Below are positions 29,345 to 39,747 of a stretch of 64,000 nucleotides of DNA, in pieces (position 1 is the stretch's first letter; the number at the start of each line of letters is the position of its first letter). The stretch lies in the IMG/VR virus record IMGVR_UViG_3300010347_002030. One strand, written 5' to 3'. The DNA comes from a virus (taxonomy: Duplodnaviria; Caudoviricetes). The notes below the pieces were generated by a model, which ran no database searches, had not been told where the DNA came from, and saw nothing but the letters and a program-made list of their open reading frames with translations. Position numbers and translations under genes: made by a program.

Positions 29345-29746
29345 ATGCCACAGTTTCAAGACAACCGGCAATTGTTGTGTACCTTTTCGACTACAACCGA
29401 TTTTCGTAAAACAATTCAGGAAATTCTTTCCTTCTACGAAGTTTACAGCCGAAGAGTGTTCGTATTTTCTAACGTACAAAACCCCAAAGAAGTTTTTCTC
29501 ACTTACAACGTCCTGAACATGCGACGGGATGCACCCAAATTCCCTAATACTATTCTCATCCATCGCAAGAAACAGACAAATACCCTTTATACGTTGAATG
29601 CGATGAATAGGCTAATCGAAGAAGAGCACGGTTCTCTTGATAAGACCTATCAGGTAAACTGGCAACTTTATTCAAACTCTCTTATCATTACGGGAGATGT
29701 TTCGGTGAGAATCATTCCCCTCAAGATTCACAGCGTTGTTGATTGA
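29345..29746 (+). CDS. Hypothetical protein upstream of SSB
   Basis: 133 aa globular-looking ORF (LLCTFS...HRKKQTNTLYTLNAMN). Confidence 0.7.
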   Translation: MPQFQDNRQLLCTFSTTTDFRKTIQEILSFYEVYSRRVFVFSNVQNPKEVFLTYNVLNMRRDAPKFPNTILIHRKKQTNTLYTLNAMNRLIEEEHGSLDKTYQVNWQLYSNSLIITGDVSVRIIPLKIHSVVD

Positions 29747-29911
29747 CCCACAAATAAAAAAAACTGTTCAGCAGTAAAATAAGTTGTGAATTGCATCTTT
29801 CTCTGATACGATGCTATTTATGAAGGTAAGAAAAGTTTACCGAATTAACGCTGTACGTTAACTCAAATACTTGATTACCGAATTAACCAATTAACAAAGA
29901 AAGGCCCATTT

Positions 29912-30796
29912 ATGGACTTAACATTCATTAAAAATAAACTCGATACTCTTCAAGGAAAAAACAAGCAATCTGCTAGATTTTGGAAACCCTCCGAAGGCGA
30001 ACAAAGAATTCGCATTATCCCCTACAAGTTCAATCGTGAAAATCCATTCATTGAATTGAAGTTTTATTACTACCGTGGGGCGGATGGAAAGACCAAAACT
30101 CTTCTTTCTCCGAGCGTTAATGGAAATCCAGATCCCGTTTTGGAATTCTGTGAAAAGCTTCGTGCTACTGGCACAAAAGAGAATTGGGTGCTTTCTAAGT
30201 CTTATGAACCCAAACTCCGAACCTATGTCCCAATTATTGTACGTGGCAAGGAAGACGAAGGAGTTAAGTTCTGGGGATTTGGCAAGCAAGTTTATGAAGC
30301 TATCCTTGAGAAGATGTCGAACCCTGACATTGGTGACATCACCGACCTCGTAAATGGTAATGACTTGATTATCAAATTTACCAAGACTCCGCCCTCTGGA
30401 AAGAAATTCCCAGAGACTAAGGTTGATGTTCGGATTAAAAAGACTCCCGCCGTTGATCCTGCCAATGATGAACTCATGCAGAAGATTGCTGATCAAGTGG
30501 ATATTATGACGTTGTTCACAGAGCCCACTTATGAAGAACTCAAGAGAGAGTTCGAAAATCACATCAATCCTGAGAATGAGCCAGAGCCAGAGCCAGAAGC
30601 CGAGGAAGCAACTCAAAATGTATCGGCTGTAGCAGAAAATTCCGAAAAGGAAACTGCTGCCGATACCGCTGCTCCTTCGGTCTTGGCCGAAGCGGCCACT
30701 TCTCCTACCGCTGCAAAAGCATCCGTGACTCTTTCACAGGATGAAATGAAGGCGAAATTTAAGAAGATGTTTGCCGATGCTGCGGCTGCGGAGTAA
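29912..30796 (+). CDS. Single-stranded DNA-binding protein (gp32-like)
   Basis: FWKP...IRIIP, DPVLE, GVKFWGFGKQVYE, DITDLVNGNDL; acidic C-terminal region; SD AAAGG. Confidence 0.9.
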   Translation: MDLTFIKNKLDTLQGKNKQSARFWKPSEGEQRIRIIPYKFNRENPFIELKFYYYRGADGKTKTLLSPSVNGNPDPVLEFCEKLRATGTKENWVLSKSYEPKLRTYVPIIVRGKEDEGVKFWGFGKQVYEAILEKMSNPDIGDITDLVNGNDLIIKFTKTPPSGKKFPETKVDVRIKKTPAVDPANDELMQKIADQVDIMTLFTEPTYEELKREFENHINPENEPEPEPEAEEATQNVSAVAENSEKETAADTAAPSVLAEAATSPTAAKASVTLSQDEMKAKFKKMFADAAAAE

Positions 30797-30808
30797 GTTA
30801 AAATAACT

Positions 30809-30846
30809 TGAGACCATAGTTGAAATATACTATGGTCTCATTTGTT
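30809..30846 (+). terminator. Hairpin/terminator between ssb and uvsX
   Basis: tgagaccatagt...actatggtctca 12-bp stem followed by tttgtt. Confidence 0.6.
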
Positions 30847-30858
30847 GGAAAGTTTATT

Positions 30859-32025
30859 ATGCCAAAGAAATCAACGCATGTTGAATATGAAGACTCCAAG
30901 GACAGGGATAAACTTGCTTTGAGCCTTCAAAAGGCTATTAATAGCCGTCAGAAAGACGGCCACAAGGTTTCCTATTTCTTGGATGAACAGGATGACCCAT
31001 CATCTATTGTTGATTGGGTTTCCACAGGTTCTACAACGTTGGATCTGGCTATTTCGAATCGGCCCTATGGTGGTCTGCCCGTGGGCCGAATTGTTGAACT
31101 AAACGGTTTGGAAAGCACAGGTAAATCCATGATATGTGCCCATATTTGCGCCGAGACACAAAAGAAAGGCGGCATGGCCGTTATCATCGACGCAGAAAAT
31201 TCAGCCGCATCCGAATTCTGGTCGGCTCTGGGTGTGAACATTCGAAATCTCAGCTATAATCAATGCGATTGCATTGAAGATATGTTTGATATGATGGAGT
31301 TCATGATTGGTCACGTCAGGAAGGAAGAACCGAATCGTTTGTTAACGATTATTTTCGATTCTGTAGCAGGAGCACCAACTAGAAAAGAACTCGAAGGAGA
31401 TTACGGTGTAGATGGATACGCAACCGGGAAAGCAGTCATCGTTTCAAAGGCGTTGAGAAAGCTAACTGGTCTGATTGGAAGGCAAAAGGTACTTCCGATA
31501 TTCACTAACCAACTCCGAATGAACCTCAATGCTATGGCTTTCGGTGACAAGTACATTGTTCCGGCTGGTAAAGCATTGCAGTATCACGCTTCTGTGCGTA
31601 TTCGTTTGACCAATATCGGTAAAATCAAAGACGCCAACAAGGTCGTCATTGGTAATACTATTCAAGCTCAGGTCATCAAGAATCGTTGCGGTCCTCCTTT
31701 TAGGACGGCTTCGTTTGATGTCCACTTTGATAGTGGTATTCAAGATTTGGTCAGTCTATTAGACTTCATGAAAGAGAACGGTATCACGACCGGAACTAAG
31801 GCGGGATATACCTTCAAAGGAAAGACCATCGGTGAAGTTAAATTCAATCTCGATGAATTTGCAAAACGTTACAACGAAGATGCTGCCTTCAAGAAAGAAA
31901 TCTATGAAGCGGTTTGTGATAAGTATATCATGAAGTATCGTCTTCCGAACTCCAAAATCGTGGACAATGTTACTCACGAAGAAGGTGATGAGGAAGAAGT
32001 TGCTAAAGATGTAAGTGACGAATAA
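30859..32025 (+). CDS. uvsX: RecA/UvsX recombinase
   Basis: STGSTTLDLAI, GGLPVGRIVELNGLESTGKS (Walker A), IIFDSVA, FTNQLR, KNRCGPPF. Confidence 0.95.
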   Translation: MPKKSTHVEYEDSKDRDKLALSLQKAINSRQKDGHKVSYFLDEQDDPSSIVDWVSTGSTTLDLAISNRPYGGLPVGRIVELNGLESTGKSMICAHICAETQKKGGMAVIIDAENSAASEFWSALGVNIRNLSYNQCDCIEDMFDMMEFMIGHVRKEEPNRLLTIIFDSVAGAPTRKELEGDYGVDGYATGKAVIVSKALRKLTGLIGRQKVLPIFTNQLRMNLNAMAFGDKYIVPAGKALQYHASVRIRLTNIGKIKDANKVVIGNTIQAQVIKNRCGPPFRTASFDVHFDSGIQDLVSLLDFMKENGITTGTKAGYTFKGKTIGEVKFNLDEFAKRYNEDAAFKKEIYEAVCDKYIMKYRLPNSKIVDNVTHEEGDEEEVAKDVSDE

Positions 32026-33106
32026 TATGCAACCGAAACGAGAAGACAAGGCAAGGGTATTCAGTCTTTTTTCTCAATTCAAGAATGATTTGACACCTGA
32101 TCGTGGCCTGAACAGAATGGTCAACGACAAAGTTCTTCTCGTAGATGGTCTGAATACGTTTATTCGTTGTTGGTCTGCCAATCCAATGATGAATGACGAT
32201 GGGTTACATACGGGTGGCGTAGCTGGTACTTTAAAAAGTATCGGCTACGCCATCAAACTTATCAACCCCACTCGTTGTGTTGTTATTTTTGACGGTGAAG
32301 GCGGTTCTGTAAAACGCCGAAAAATTTATCCTGAATACAAGCAGCATCGCAAGAGCACGGTTCGTCTGAATCGAACCTATGAAGAACTTTCGGAAAAAGA
32401 TAGCGAAGAGGCGAATAAGGTTAAGCAATTAGTTCGGCTTTCTGAATATCTCCAACTTCTTCCAGTCAATATTCTGATTGCCGATGGGATTGAAGCCGAC
32501 GACTCGATTGCGTATTGTGCCAATGAATATTTCAAGGAATCCATGGTGTATATCATGTCATCCGATAAAGATTTCCTTCAATTGGTAACAGAGAGAGTAA
32601 AAGTATGGAGCCCGAGTAAAAAGAAAATTTATGGTCCTGCCGAGGTTCTTCGAGAATATGAAATTCATCCAGCTAACTTTGCTCTTTTCCGTGCAATGGA
32701 TGGAGATGCCTCCGACAACATCGATGGAATAAAAGGAATTGGAATAAAGACAGTTGTAAAACATTTTCCGTTCCTTTCTGAACCAATTCCTCGGGATGTC
32801 CAATATGTTATTGAATACGCAACGAAGAACCAAGGTAAATACAAAATTTACGACAAAGTAATTGAAGGTGCGAAGATCTTGGAAAGAAATTATGCTTTGA
32901 TGCAGTTACGAGAGTCAATAGCCTCGGCAATGTCTCAACGGCATATTAGTGATTGTTTGACTAAAAGTAAAATACCTCGTTTGGAAAGATATGGTTTGGT
33001 CAAACTGATTACTGAGGACAAAATGTGGAATAATCTTCCCAACCATCAAATTTGGTTGAATGAAACGTTTTCCGGATTGGATTTAATGGCAAAATCACAG
33101 TTATGA
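32015..33106 (+). CDS. 5'-3' exonuclease / T4 RNase H-like flap nuclease
   Basis: LLVDGLN, VIFDG, YPEYK, EADDSI, SSDKDFLQL, DGDASDNIDGIKGIGIKT. Confidence 0.92.
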   Translation: MTNNMQPKREDKARVFSLFSQFKNDLTPDRGLNRMVNDKVLLVDGLNTFIRCWSANPMMNDDGLHTGGVAGTLKSIGYAIKLINPTRCVVIFDGEGGSVKRRKIYPEYKQHRKSTVRLNRTYEELSEKDSEEANKVKQLVRLSEYLQLLPVNILIADGIEADDSIAYCANEYFKESMVYIMSSDKDFLQLVTERVKVWSPSKKKIYGPAEVLREYEIHPANFALFRAMDGDASDNIDGIKGIGIKTVVKHFPFLSEPIPRDVQYVIEYATKNQGKYKIYDKVIEGAKILERNYALMQLRESIASAMSQRHISDCLTKSKIPRLERYGLVKLITEDKMWNNLPNHQIWLNETFSGLDLMAKSQL

Positions 33107-33145
33107 ACAGCTTGAAACTAAGACAACATCGACGACAGAAACGAC

Positions 33146-33298
33146 ATGACAAACAACAATGGAAGAAACAAGCGTTCAAAGAAATTTACGAAGAAAACGA
33201 AAAAGAAAAAAGAACGACGTTATCGAAGTAAAGGGCAATTAGATAGAGTAATTGCTGCATATAAAAAAGAGAGAGACTCTCTCGAATCCCTCTCCTGA
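33146..33298 (+). CDS. Small basic protein (50 aa; not in ORF track)
   Basis: MTNNNGRNKRSKKFTKKTKKKKERRYRSKGQLDRVIAAYKKERDSLESLS fills the gap between two genes. Confidence 0.35.
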   Translation: MTNNNGRNKRSKKFTKKTKKKKERRYRSKGQLDRVIAAYKKERDSLESLS

Positions 33299-33314
33299 AT
33301 TTTAGGAGTTAAGA

Positions 33315-34268
33315 TTATGGTTTCCAGCCTTTAGGGGGTTTTGCATATTTATTTTCCCTGAAACTCTCTGGGAAGCTAACTTGTTTTTCGATTCCCAAAT
33401 TAATGCCCATTGCTATTAAACTTTCTCGGCTGGCGTAATAGATATCGACTTTATGAATAACCTCTCGTCTTTTAAACGTGGTCTCTTTGACTTTGTAGGG
33501 ACGAGATTGGCCCCATTGGGTTTCCATGTCAAAGGAAACCACATTTGGGGTTTCTGTGCTACACATTACTTGACTAGAGTTGTCAACGAAATTCTCGGTG
33601 GATTTTGCCGAGATCAATGCCGTTGTATGAGTAGCGTTGGTGGTCGATTCATTTGAAACTCTGTATTTATAATGTCCCAGTCCATGCAAATAACCCGTAT
33701 TCCAGTCTGCCGGATTGGTGCTAGTCCAGTATCCCGTGATAGGATACGGTGGGTCGTCAAACGGCGTTGTGAAGGAACTCGTGAGACTAGAGAATGTCCA
33801 CGTAATAGTAGGTGGTGGGGGAGGCTGAGGAACTTCATCCCATATTCTCACCCCAATAACACCTACATTCTTTTCGGACCCGTCTTCTTTGGAAGCGGCG
33901 TACCCCAATGGAATCGTTTTACCTGTTTTTGGATCGATTTCTGGTTTGCCCGTTTTTGGGTCGATTTTGACTGCACCAACGGTACCAAACTTGAACGTGG
34001 CAACATTGTCGGGAGAATATTGAAAGCCATACAGTTTTTGGGAAGTATAGCTGTTCATGACGTAACCGGGACCATTCTCATCTGCTGTTTTTCCGTCAAT
34101 AACATTCAAACCATCGACGGAGACAACAGCGAGAATTCTTTCCCAAGTGTTGTTTTTGATTTCGATGACGTATTCCGAGTCTTTTTTGGCCTCAATGAAA
34201 GTACGTCCGTTGTGGAAGTATTGCTTGCAACGATTGCCGTTGACAAGTACATTAATTTCGTAGCTCAT
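33315..34268 (-). CDS. Hypothetical protein
   Basis: SD AAGAAAGG before ATG 34268; EYVIEIKN...AVVSVDGLNVIDG...NVGVIGVRIWDE beta-sandwich-like pattern. Confidence 0.7.
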   Translation of the reverse strand: MSYEINVLVNGNRCKQYFHNGRTFIEAKKDSEYVIEIKNNTWERILAVVSVDGLNVIDGKTADENGPGYVMNSYTSQKLYGFQYSPDNVATFKFGTVGAVKIDPKTGKPEIDPKTGKTIPLGYAASKEDGSEKNVGVIGVRIWDEVPQPPPPPTITWTFSSLTSSFTTPFDDPPYPITGYWTSTNPADWNTGYLHGLGHYKYRVSNESTTNATHTTALISAKSTENFVDNSSQVMCSTETPNVVSFDMETQWGQSRPYKVKETTFKRREVIHKVDIYYASRESLIAMGINLGIEKQVSFPESFRENKYAKPPKGWKP

Positions 34269-34488
34269 CTGTTTACCTTTCTTGTTATGAAAGCCCCTCA
34301 TACTGGGGATTTCGGTTCAAAGATACATAGAGAGCAAATCGAGAAATCGACGAAGAAAATTTCTGAATCAATATTTTATGACACGAGTAACCGCTATATA
34401 ACTCCAAGACAACCCCAGAAAATGGACTTATTATAAGTTTACTTTGGTGTACTTTTTTGCTAGAGTTGCCAACACTAAGAGAAGATTT

Positions 34489-35904
34489 ATGGAAATGAAG
34501 GAACTAGAAACACTTAAGAAATACGGAACAGAATTTCAAACTAAATGCCTTGCTGCAATCCTTACTGATAGACATTTTTTAGAGCGAATTATCGATATTC
34601 TGTCTCCCGATTATTTTGAAACGGCGGCTCAAAAATGGGTCGTTGAAGAAACCACAAAGTACTACTTTCAATACCGAGAAGTTCCGACGCCGATTGTTTT
34701 GTCGATGAAGCTGCAAGCTATCGATGCACAGATGAAATTGCTTAAGCAATCCATCGGAGACCTTTTAGGAGTGGTGTACGATCATATCACCGATACGGAT
34801 ATGAAGTTCGTCAAGGAACAGTTCCTTGAGTTCTGCAAAGCAAGAGCCCTTGCTCAGGCGATTTTAACTTCGGTTGACCTTTTGAACAAGGGAGATTACG
34901 ACGGTATCAAGGCAACTGTGGATACTGCTCTTCGTGCAGGCATGGAACGTGATCTTGGTCACAACTACTTTCTTGATGTTGATAAGCGTATGGCTGTTAC
35001 CGCACGCAATTGTATCAAAACAGGATGGGAAGATATTGACCAACTCATGGATGGTGGCCTCGGTAAGGGAGAACTTGGATTTATTGTTGCACCATCGGGT
35101 GCGGGGAAGACGTGGCTTCTTTCTCGCTTTGGAGCAGAAGCAATGAAGCAGGGAAAGAATGTCCTTCATGTTACGATGGAACTCAACGAAACCTATGTGG
35201 GTTTGCGTTATGACGCTTATCTAACTGGGATTCATTTTCAAGATGTTCGTAAAAACCGTGATCGAGTCGAAGCCGAACTAGCAAAGTTGAATTGCAAACA
35301 TTGGATCAAGTATTTTCCTCTTCGTACAATCAGTGCGGTCTCAATTAAGTTGTTCGTTGAGCGTTTGCAGATGTTGGAGCAAACCAAAATTGATATGCTG
35401 ATCGTTGATTACGCTGATTTACTCAAACCGCTAGTCGCCGATAGAAACTCCAAGAAGTACGAAAAGGCGGGCGATGTTTATGAAGAACTCCGTGCAATAG
35501 CAGGAGAACTTCAAATTGCGGTATGGTCTGCCTCTCAATCGAATCGGGAAGGACATGATGCTGACATTGTTTCGGCAAAAAACATAGCTGATTCATATCG
35601 TAAAATCATGACGGGTGATTTCATTATGTCGCTTTCACGTAAAGATGAAGACAAAGAAGAAGACACCGGAAGATTCCTCATCGTTAAGAATCGGTTTGGT
35701 CCAGATGGGTTGACTTTTCCATGTAGGTTCAACGCTGCTTGTGGTCATGTGACAATTTACGACAAAGCCTCCAGTGAAGGACAAGAACTCTTGGCAAAGA
35801 TGGACAAAGCGAAAAAAGAAGCTGGTGATCATCAAAAGAAAATGGCTAAGAGTCTCTGGGATAAGTTTAAGAAAAAAGACGACGACGATAGTCAAAACGA
35901 TTAA
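34489..35904 (+). CDS. Replicative DnaB/gp41-like helicase
   Basis: APSGAGKT, HVTMEL, LIVDYADLL, WSASQSNR, KNRFGPDG. Confidence 0.93.
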   Translation: MEMKELETLKKYGTEFQTKCLAAILTDRHFLERIIDILSPDYFETAAQKWVVEETTKYYFQYREVPTPIVLSMKLQAIDAQMKLLKQSIGDLLGVVYDHITDTDMKFVKEQFLEFCKARALAQAILTSVDLLNKGDYDGIKATVDTALRAGMERDLGHNYFLDVDKRMAVTARNCIKTGWEDIDQLMDGGLGKGELGFIVAPSGAGKTWLLSRFGAEAMKQGKNVLHVTMELNETYVGLRYDAYLTGIHFQDVRKNRDRVEAELAKLNCKHWIKYFPLRTISAVSIKLFVERLQMLEQTKIDMLIVDYADLLKPLVADRNSKKYEKAGDVYEELRAIAGELQIAVWSASQSNREGHDADIVSAKNIADSYRKIMTGDFIMSLSRKDEDKEEDTGRFLIVKNRFGPDGLTFPCRFNAACGHVTIYDKASSEGQELLAKMDKAKKEAGDHQKKMAKSLWDKFKKKDDDDSQND

Positions 35905-35991
35905 TCAAAATAAATAAAAGTTGAGTCGTACGTTACGAAACAGTAACACATAGTTATCCTTTGCTACATTAACTTTTACTAGGAACATTCT

Positions 35992-38889
35992 ATGGATAAA
36001 TTCAGATTGACTGATACTTTTCTTGACAAATACAAAAAACAAAAACCCCCATTTGGATTCAACGGACTTGGAGAACTTGTGTATTTACGCACATATTCCC
36101 GTGTTAAAGCTAATGGCGATAACGAGCGTTGGTGGGAAACTGTTCAACGAGTTGTAGAAGGAACTTTCAACATGCAGAAGAGATGGATTGATGACCATCG
36201 TCTTGGTTGGAGTGCCATCAAAGCACAGAAGTCTGCTCAAGAAATGTATGACAGGATTTTCAATATGAAATTCCTTCCTCCCGGTAGAGGATTGTGGGCC
36301 ATGGGCTCACCGATTACAGAAGAGCGTGGTCTCTATATGGCGTTGAATAACTGTCTGGCAGGAGAAACCAAAGTTTTGACTCGTCAAGGATGGAAAGAGA
36401 TAGCATTATTAGCCGGAACGGAACAAGAATTGGTTACTCTTCATAATGCATGGGTTACTGCACCGATCAAGTCATTTGGAAAACAACAACTTTATAAAAT
36501 AACACTTCGCCGACAGGGAATTGAAAAAAACATACATGCGACTGCTAATCACATATGGTTTGCCAAATCGCCATCAGAAATAAATCATAATAAAGGGTGG
36601 AATGAATATACAACTTCTCAATTGCGTGAAGGATATAGGATGCGGTATGGTTTTGCAGAAGTTCCTATGAATTATTCTCCTCAAGGGATTCAACATGGAA
36701 TATGTTTTGGCGATGGAACTAATGACCATCTGTATTTGATTGGGGAAAAAGACAAAGAACTTATTACGTGGTTTTCGACGAACGAAATAACTTTTGCACC
36801 AGAGAAAAAAGGAGTGCGAGTGGCACACTTACCATCTCATTATAAAGAACTTCCATGTATTGATTACGATAAAAAGTATCTTTTGGGATGGCTGATGGGA
36901 TATTTTGCTGCTGATGGAAGTGTTGATAAGAATGGTCAGGTAACGCTGAGTTCTTCCAATATAAATCATTTACATTTTGCGGCAGATGTGGCGGCTATAT
37001 GTGGAATTGGAACATATGGAATAACTCTTTCGAGCGAATCGTCGAACTTTTCGGAACATCGAGAGTTGTATAAACTTACATTTATGTCCGACACAATGTG
37101 GAAAGAATTTTTCCTGCTCGCATCTCATCGAGATAACTTTTGTGATGAGAGACAAGTTCGTTATTGGAATGTTGTATCGGTTGAGGAAACAAATCGCTAT
37201 GAGGAGGTTTATTGTGCCGTGGTTCCCAATACCGAAGCATTTGTTATTGAAGGTAATATTTTAACGCATAACTGTGCGTTCACCTCGACCGCAAACATTA
37301 AGGAAGATTTATCCAAGTCATTTTGTTTTTTGATGGATGTTTCTATGCTTGGTGTCGGATGTGGCTTCGATGTCAAGGGAGAAGGCAAGATTGTAGTACA
37401 TAAACCCGTTGAAAGCAAGGATAACGTGTATGTTATTCCGGACACTCGTGAAGGATGGGTAGAATCTGTTCGGTTACTTATTGATTCATTCTTTCAAGGA
37501 AGTAAAGAAGTTACTTTTGATTATTCTAAAATTCGTGGTCCCGGTGAACCAATTAAGGGATTTGGTGGAATATCATCTGGTTCCGGCCCGCTTAAGGAAC
37601 TTCATGCTGGTATTCGAGCTACTCTGAAAAAGAATGTTGATAAGCCAATTACAATTACCACGATTGTCGATATAATGAATATGATCGGTAAGTGTGTTGT
37701 AGCTGGTAATGTTCGCAGAACGGCAGAGATCGTTTTTGGTGATTACAAATCCGAGGAATACCTTGACCTTAAAAACTATCAGATAAATCCTTATCGTGAG
37801 AGCTTTGGTTGGACATCGAACAATTCCATTTTCTGTGATTTGGGCATGGATTATTCTAGTGCAGTCAAGCGAACTCAAATTAACGGAGAACCGGGGTTTG
37901 CATGGTTGGAAAACATGAAGGGTTACTCTCGTATGAACAATGGTCCGGATAATAAAGATTGGAGAGTAGAGGGTGGAAATCCATGTTTGGAGCAAAGTCT
38001 TGAATCATATGAGGTTTGTAATCTTGTTGAGACTTTTCCTTATAACCACGAGACATTTGAGGATTATCTCATTACTTTGAAGTATGCCTACATGTATGCC
38101 AAGACAGTGACTTTAGGTCAAACACATTGGCCAGAGACGAACCGTGTAATGCTTCGCAATCGCCGAATTGGTTGTTCGATGAGTGGAATTGCCCAATTTG
38201 TTTCAACCCGTGGTCTTCACACCTTACGCCATTGGTGCAATGAGGGGTACAAGAAAATCGAATACTACGATGAGGTGTATTCTGATTGGCTGGCTATTCC
38301 TAAAAGCATTAAAAAAACTTCCGTCAAACCTTCTGGAACTGTTAGTCTGTTGGCGGGCGCAACACCGGGAGTACATTATCCTGAAAACGTATGCTACATT
38401 CGTCGAATGCGTTTGTCTAAGCATAGTGATCTTATTGCTCCATTGGAAGAGGCAGGATATAAGATTGAGCCTTGTTATGGATCAGAAGATTCAACGGTGG
38501 TCGTTGAGGTGCCTGTAAAAATCGGTGATAATATCAGATCCGTTAAAGACGTTAGCGTTTGGGAACAAGCAGCGTTAGCGGCTTTCATGCAAAAGTATTG
38601 GGCTGACAATCAGGTTTCTTGTACTATCACGTTCAAGAAAGAAGAGGCATCCCAATTGGAACCACTTTTGAATTTCTACCAATATCAACTTAAAGGCATA
38701 TCGTTCCTTCCTTTTACGGAAGAAAAGGTTTATCGGCAAATGCCTTATGAGAGTATTACTCTTAAAAAATATGAGGAACTTACGGCTAAGCTCAAACCCA
38801 TCAAGTTCAAAGGAATTAAGAATGAGGAAGCCGATGTTGATAAATTCTGTAATAACGACATTTGTGAAATAAAAGCGGTCAAGAAATAA
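35992..38889 (+). CDS. nrdJ: Class II (AdoCbl-dependent) ribonucleoside-triphosphate reductase with intein
   Basis: RTYSR, PPGRGLW, GNVRRTAEI, NPCLEQ, CNLVE, VKPSGTVSLL, C-terminal CNNDICE. Confidence 0.93.
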   Translation: MDKFRLTDTFLDKYKKQKPPFGFNGLGELVYLRTYSRVKANGDNERWWETVQRVVEGTFNMQKRWIDDHRLGWSAIKAQKSAQEMYDRIFNMKFLPPGRGLWAMGSPITEERGLYMALNNCLAGETKVLTRQGWKEIALLAGTEQELVTLHNAWVTAPIKSFGKQQLYKITLRRQGIEKNIHATANHIWFAKSPSEINHNKGWNEYTTSQLREGYRMRYGFAEVPMNYSPQGIQHGICFGDGTNDHLYLIGEKDKELITWFSTNEITFAPEKKGVRVAHLPSHYKELPCIDYDKKYLLGWLMGYFAADGSVDKNGQVTLSSSNINHLHFAADVAAICGIGTYGITLSSESSNFSEHRELYKLTFMSDTMWKEFFLLASHRDNFCDERQVRYWNVVSVEETNRYEEVYCAVVPNTEAFVIEGNILTHNCAFTSTANIKEDLSKSFCFLMDVSMLGVGCGFDVKGEGKIVVHKPVESKDNVYVIPDTREGWVESVRLLIDSFFQGSKEVTFDYSKIRGPGEPIKGFGGISSGSGPLKELHAGIRATLKKNVDKPITITTIVDIMNMIGKCVVAGNVRRTAEIVFGDYKSEEYLDLKNYQINPYRESFGWTSNNSIFCDLGMDYSSAVKRTQINGEPGFAWLENMKGYSRMNNGPDNKDWRVEGGNPCLEQSLESYEVCNLVETFPYNHETFEDYLITLKYAYMYAKTVTLGQTHWPETNRVMLRNRRIGCSMSGIAQFVSTRGLHTLRHWCNEGYKKIEYYDEVYSDWLAIPKSIKKTSVKPSGTVSLLAGATPGVHYPENVCYIRRMRLSKHSDLIAPLEEAGYKIEPCYGSEDSTVVVEVPVKIGDNIRSVKDVSVWEQAALAAFMQKYWADNQVSCTITFKKEEASQLEPLLNFYQYQLKGISFLPFTEEKVYRQMPYESITLKKYEELTAKLKPIKFKGIKNEEADVDKFCNNDICEIKAVKK
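36352..37272 (+). mobile_element. Intein (307 aa) with LAGLIDADG endonuclease in NrdJ
   Basis: ALNN|CLAGETKV...ATANHIW...WLMGYFAADGS...VYCAVVP...ILTHN|CAF. Confidence 0.93.
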
Positions 38890-38962
38890 TGATATATTGC
38901 CACGTTTCAAACTGCGAGCGCATATTTATATTCATCAATGAAAAATATTGTAGTACTCGCAT

Positions 38963-39373
38963 ATGATTGATGGCAACATACTTATTACTATAGCTCCTCC
39001 GATTTTTGCTGCTTTAATCGCATATGCGATTGCACGTATAAAAAGTAACGCAAATGAACGTATTCAAAAGGCGAAGATTGATGCTGAGGTAGATTTTCGG
39101 GCCATGGAAATGGTTAAGGCTATCGTTGAAGAAATGAGAGCCGAACTTAAGGCCGAAATTGCCCAATTAAGAGAAGAGAATAAGTATCTCAAAGCAACTG
39201 CTTCTGCGAATCGGGAGGAAATTGAATCGTTGCAACGAAGATTGCGTGAAAGTTCCGAGCTTCAAGACGCCATGAAAATCGAAATTGCCTCTCTTAAAAG
39301 TACTATTCAATGGTATGAGAGACGATTGCGAGAACGTGAAGGTGGGGAACCCGCTGGAGAGCAACCAAGTTAA
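38963..39373 (+). CDS. Membrane-anchored coiled-coil late protein (possible holin-like)
   Basis: N-terminal hydrophobic segment then coiled coil; TATTTATA 38923-38930. Confidence 0.55.
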   Translation: MIDGNILITIAPPIFAALIAYAIARIKSNANERIQKAKIDAEVDFRAMEMVKAIVEEMRAELKAEIAQLREENKYLKATASANREEIESLQRRLRESSELQDAMKIEIASLKSTIQWYERRLREREGGEPAGEQPS

Positions 39374-39379
39374 TGCTAT

Positions 39380-39706
39380 ATGATTCTACTCGATAGGTTT
39401 ATAGATTTGTTTTGTGATAAAGCGGCTGTTGTTAATGATGACCCGACTGCCCTACAAAAAGAAGTGAAGATGTTGAAAAAACGCTTTGGTCCTTGGTATC
39501 AAATTTGTGGATTTAAGAATTTCAAGGATTTTTTTCTTGCTCTTCATATGGCCAGAGTCAAACATTGCAAAGACTTTTCTTGTGCTTTCATTCGGAACAC
39601 CGAACCTCCAGAGGGGGAGTTAATATTAAAAAAAATCAATCCTGATATCAAAACCTATAAATATTCTGATACGCAGCAGCTTTCAGTTCTATTGGCGGAT
39701 AGATAA
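39380..39706 (+). CDS. Hypothetical protein
   Basis: 108 aa ORF, co-oriented. Confidence 0.5.
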   Translation: MILLDRFIDLFCDKAAVVNDDPTALQKEVKMLKKRFGPWYQICGFKNFKDFFLALHMARVKHCKDFSCAFIRNTEPPEGELILKKINPDIKTYKYSDTQQLSVLLADR

Positions 39707-39747
39707 ATGGTATTTTGTGGATAAACCCCAATATTTATAACCAGAAT

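Noticed and set aside
30578-30600. GAGCCA tandem repeat
   Set aside because: Encodes an EPEPEP linker in the acidic SSB tail
33664-34436. TATTTATA at 33664 followed by a 254-aa plus-strand ORF
   Set aside because: Antisense to a gene with a good SD and protein-like sequence; the ORF has shadow-like composition and the motif is probably chance
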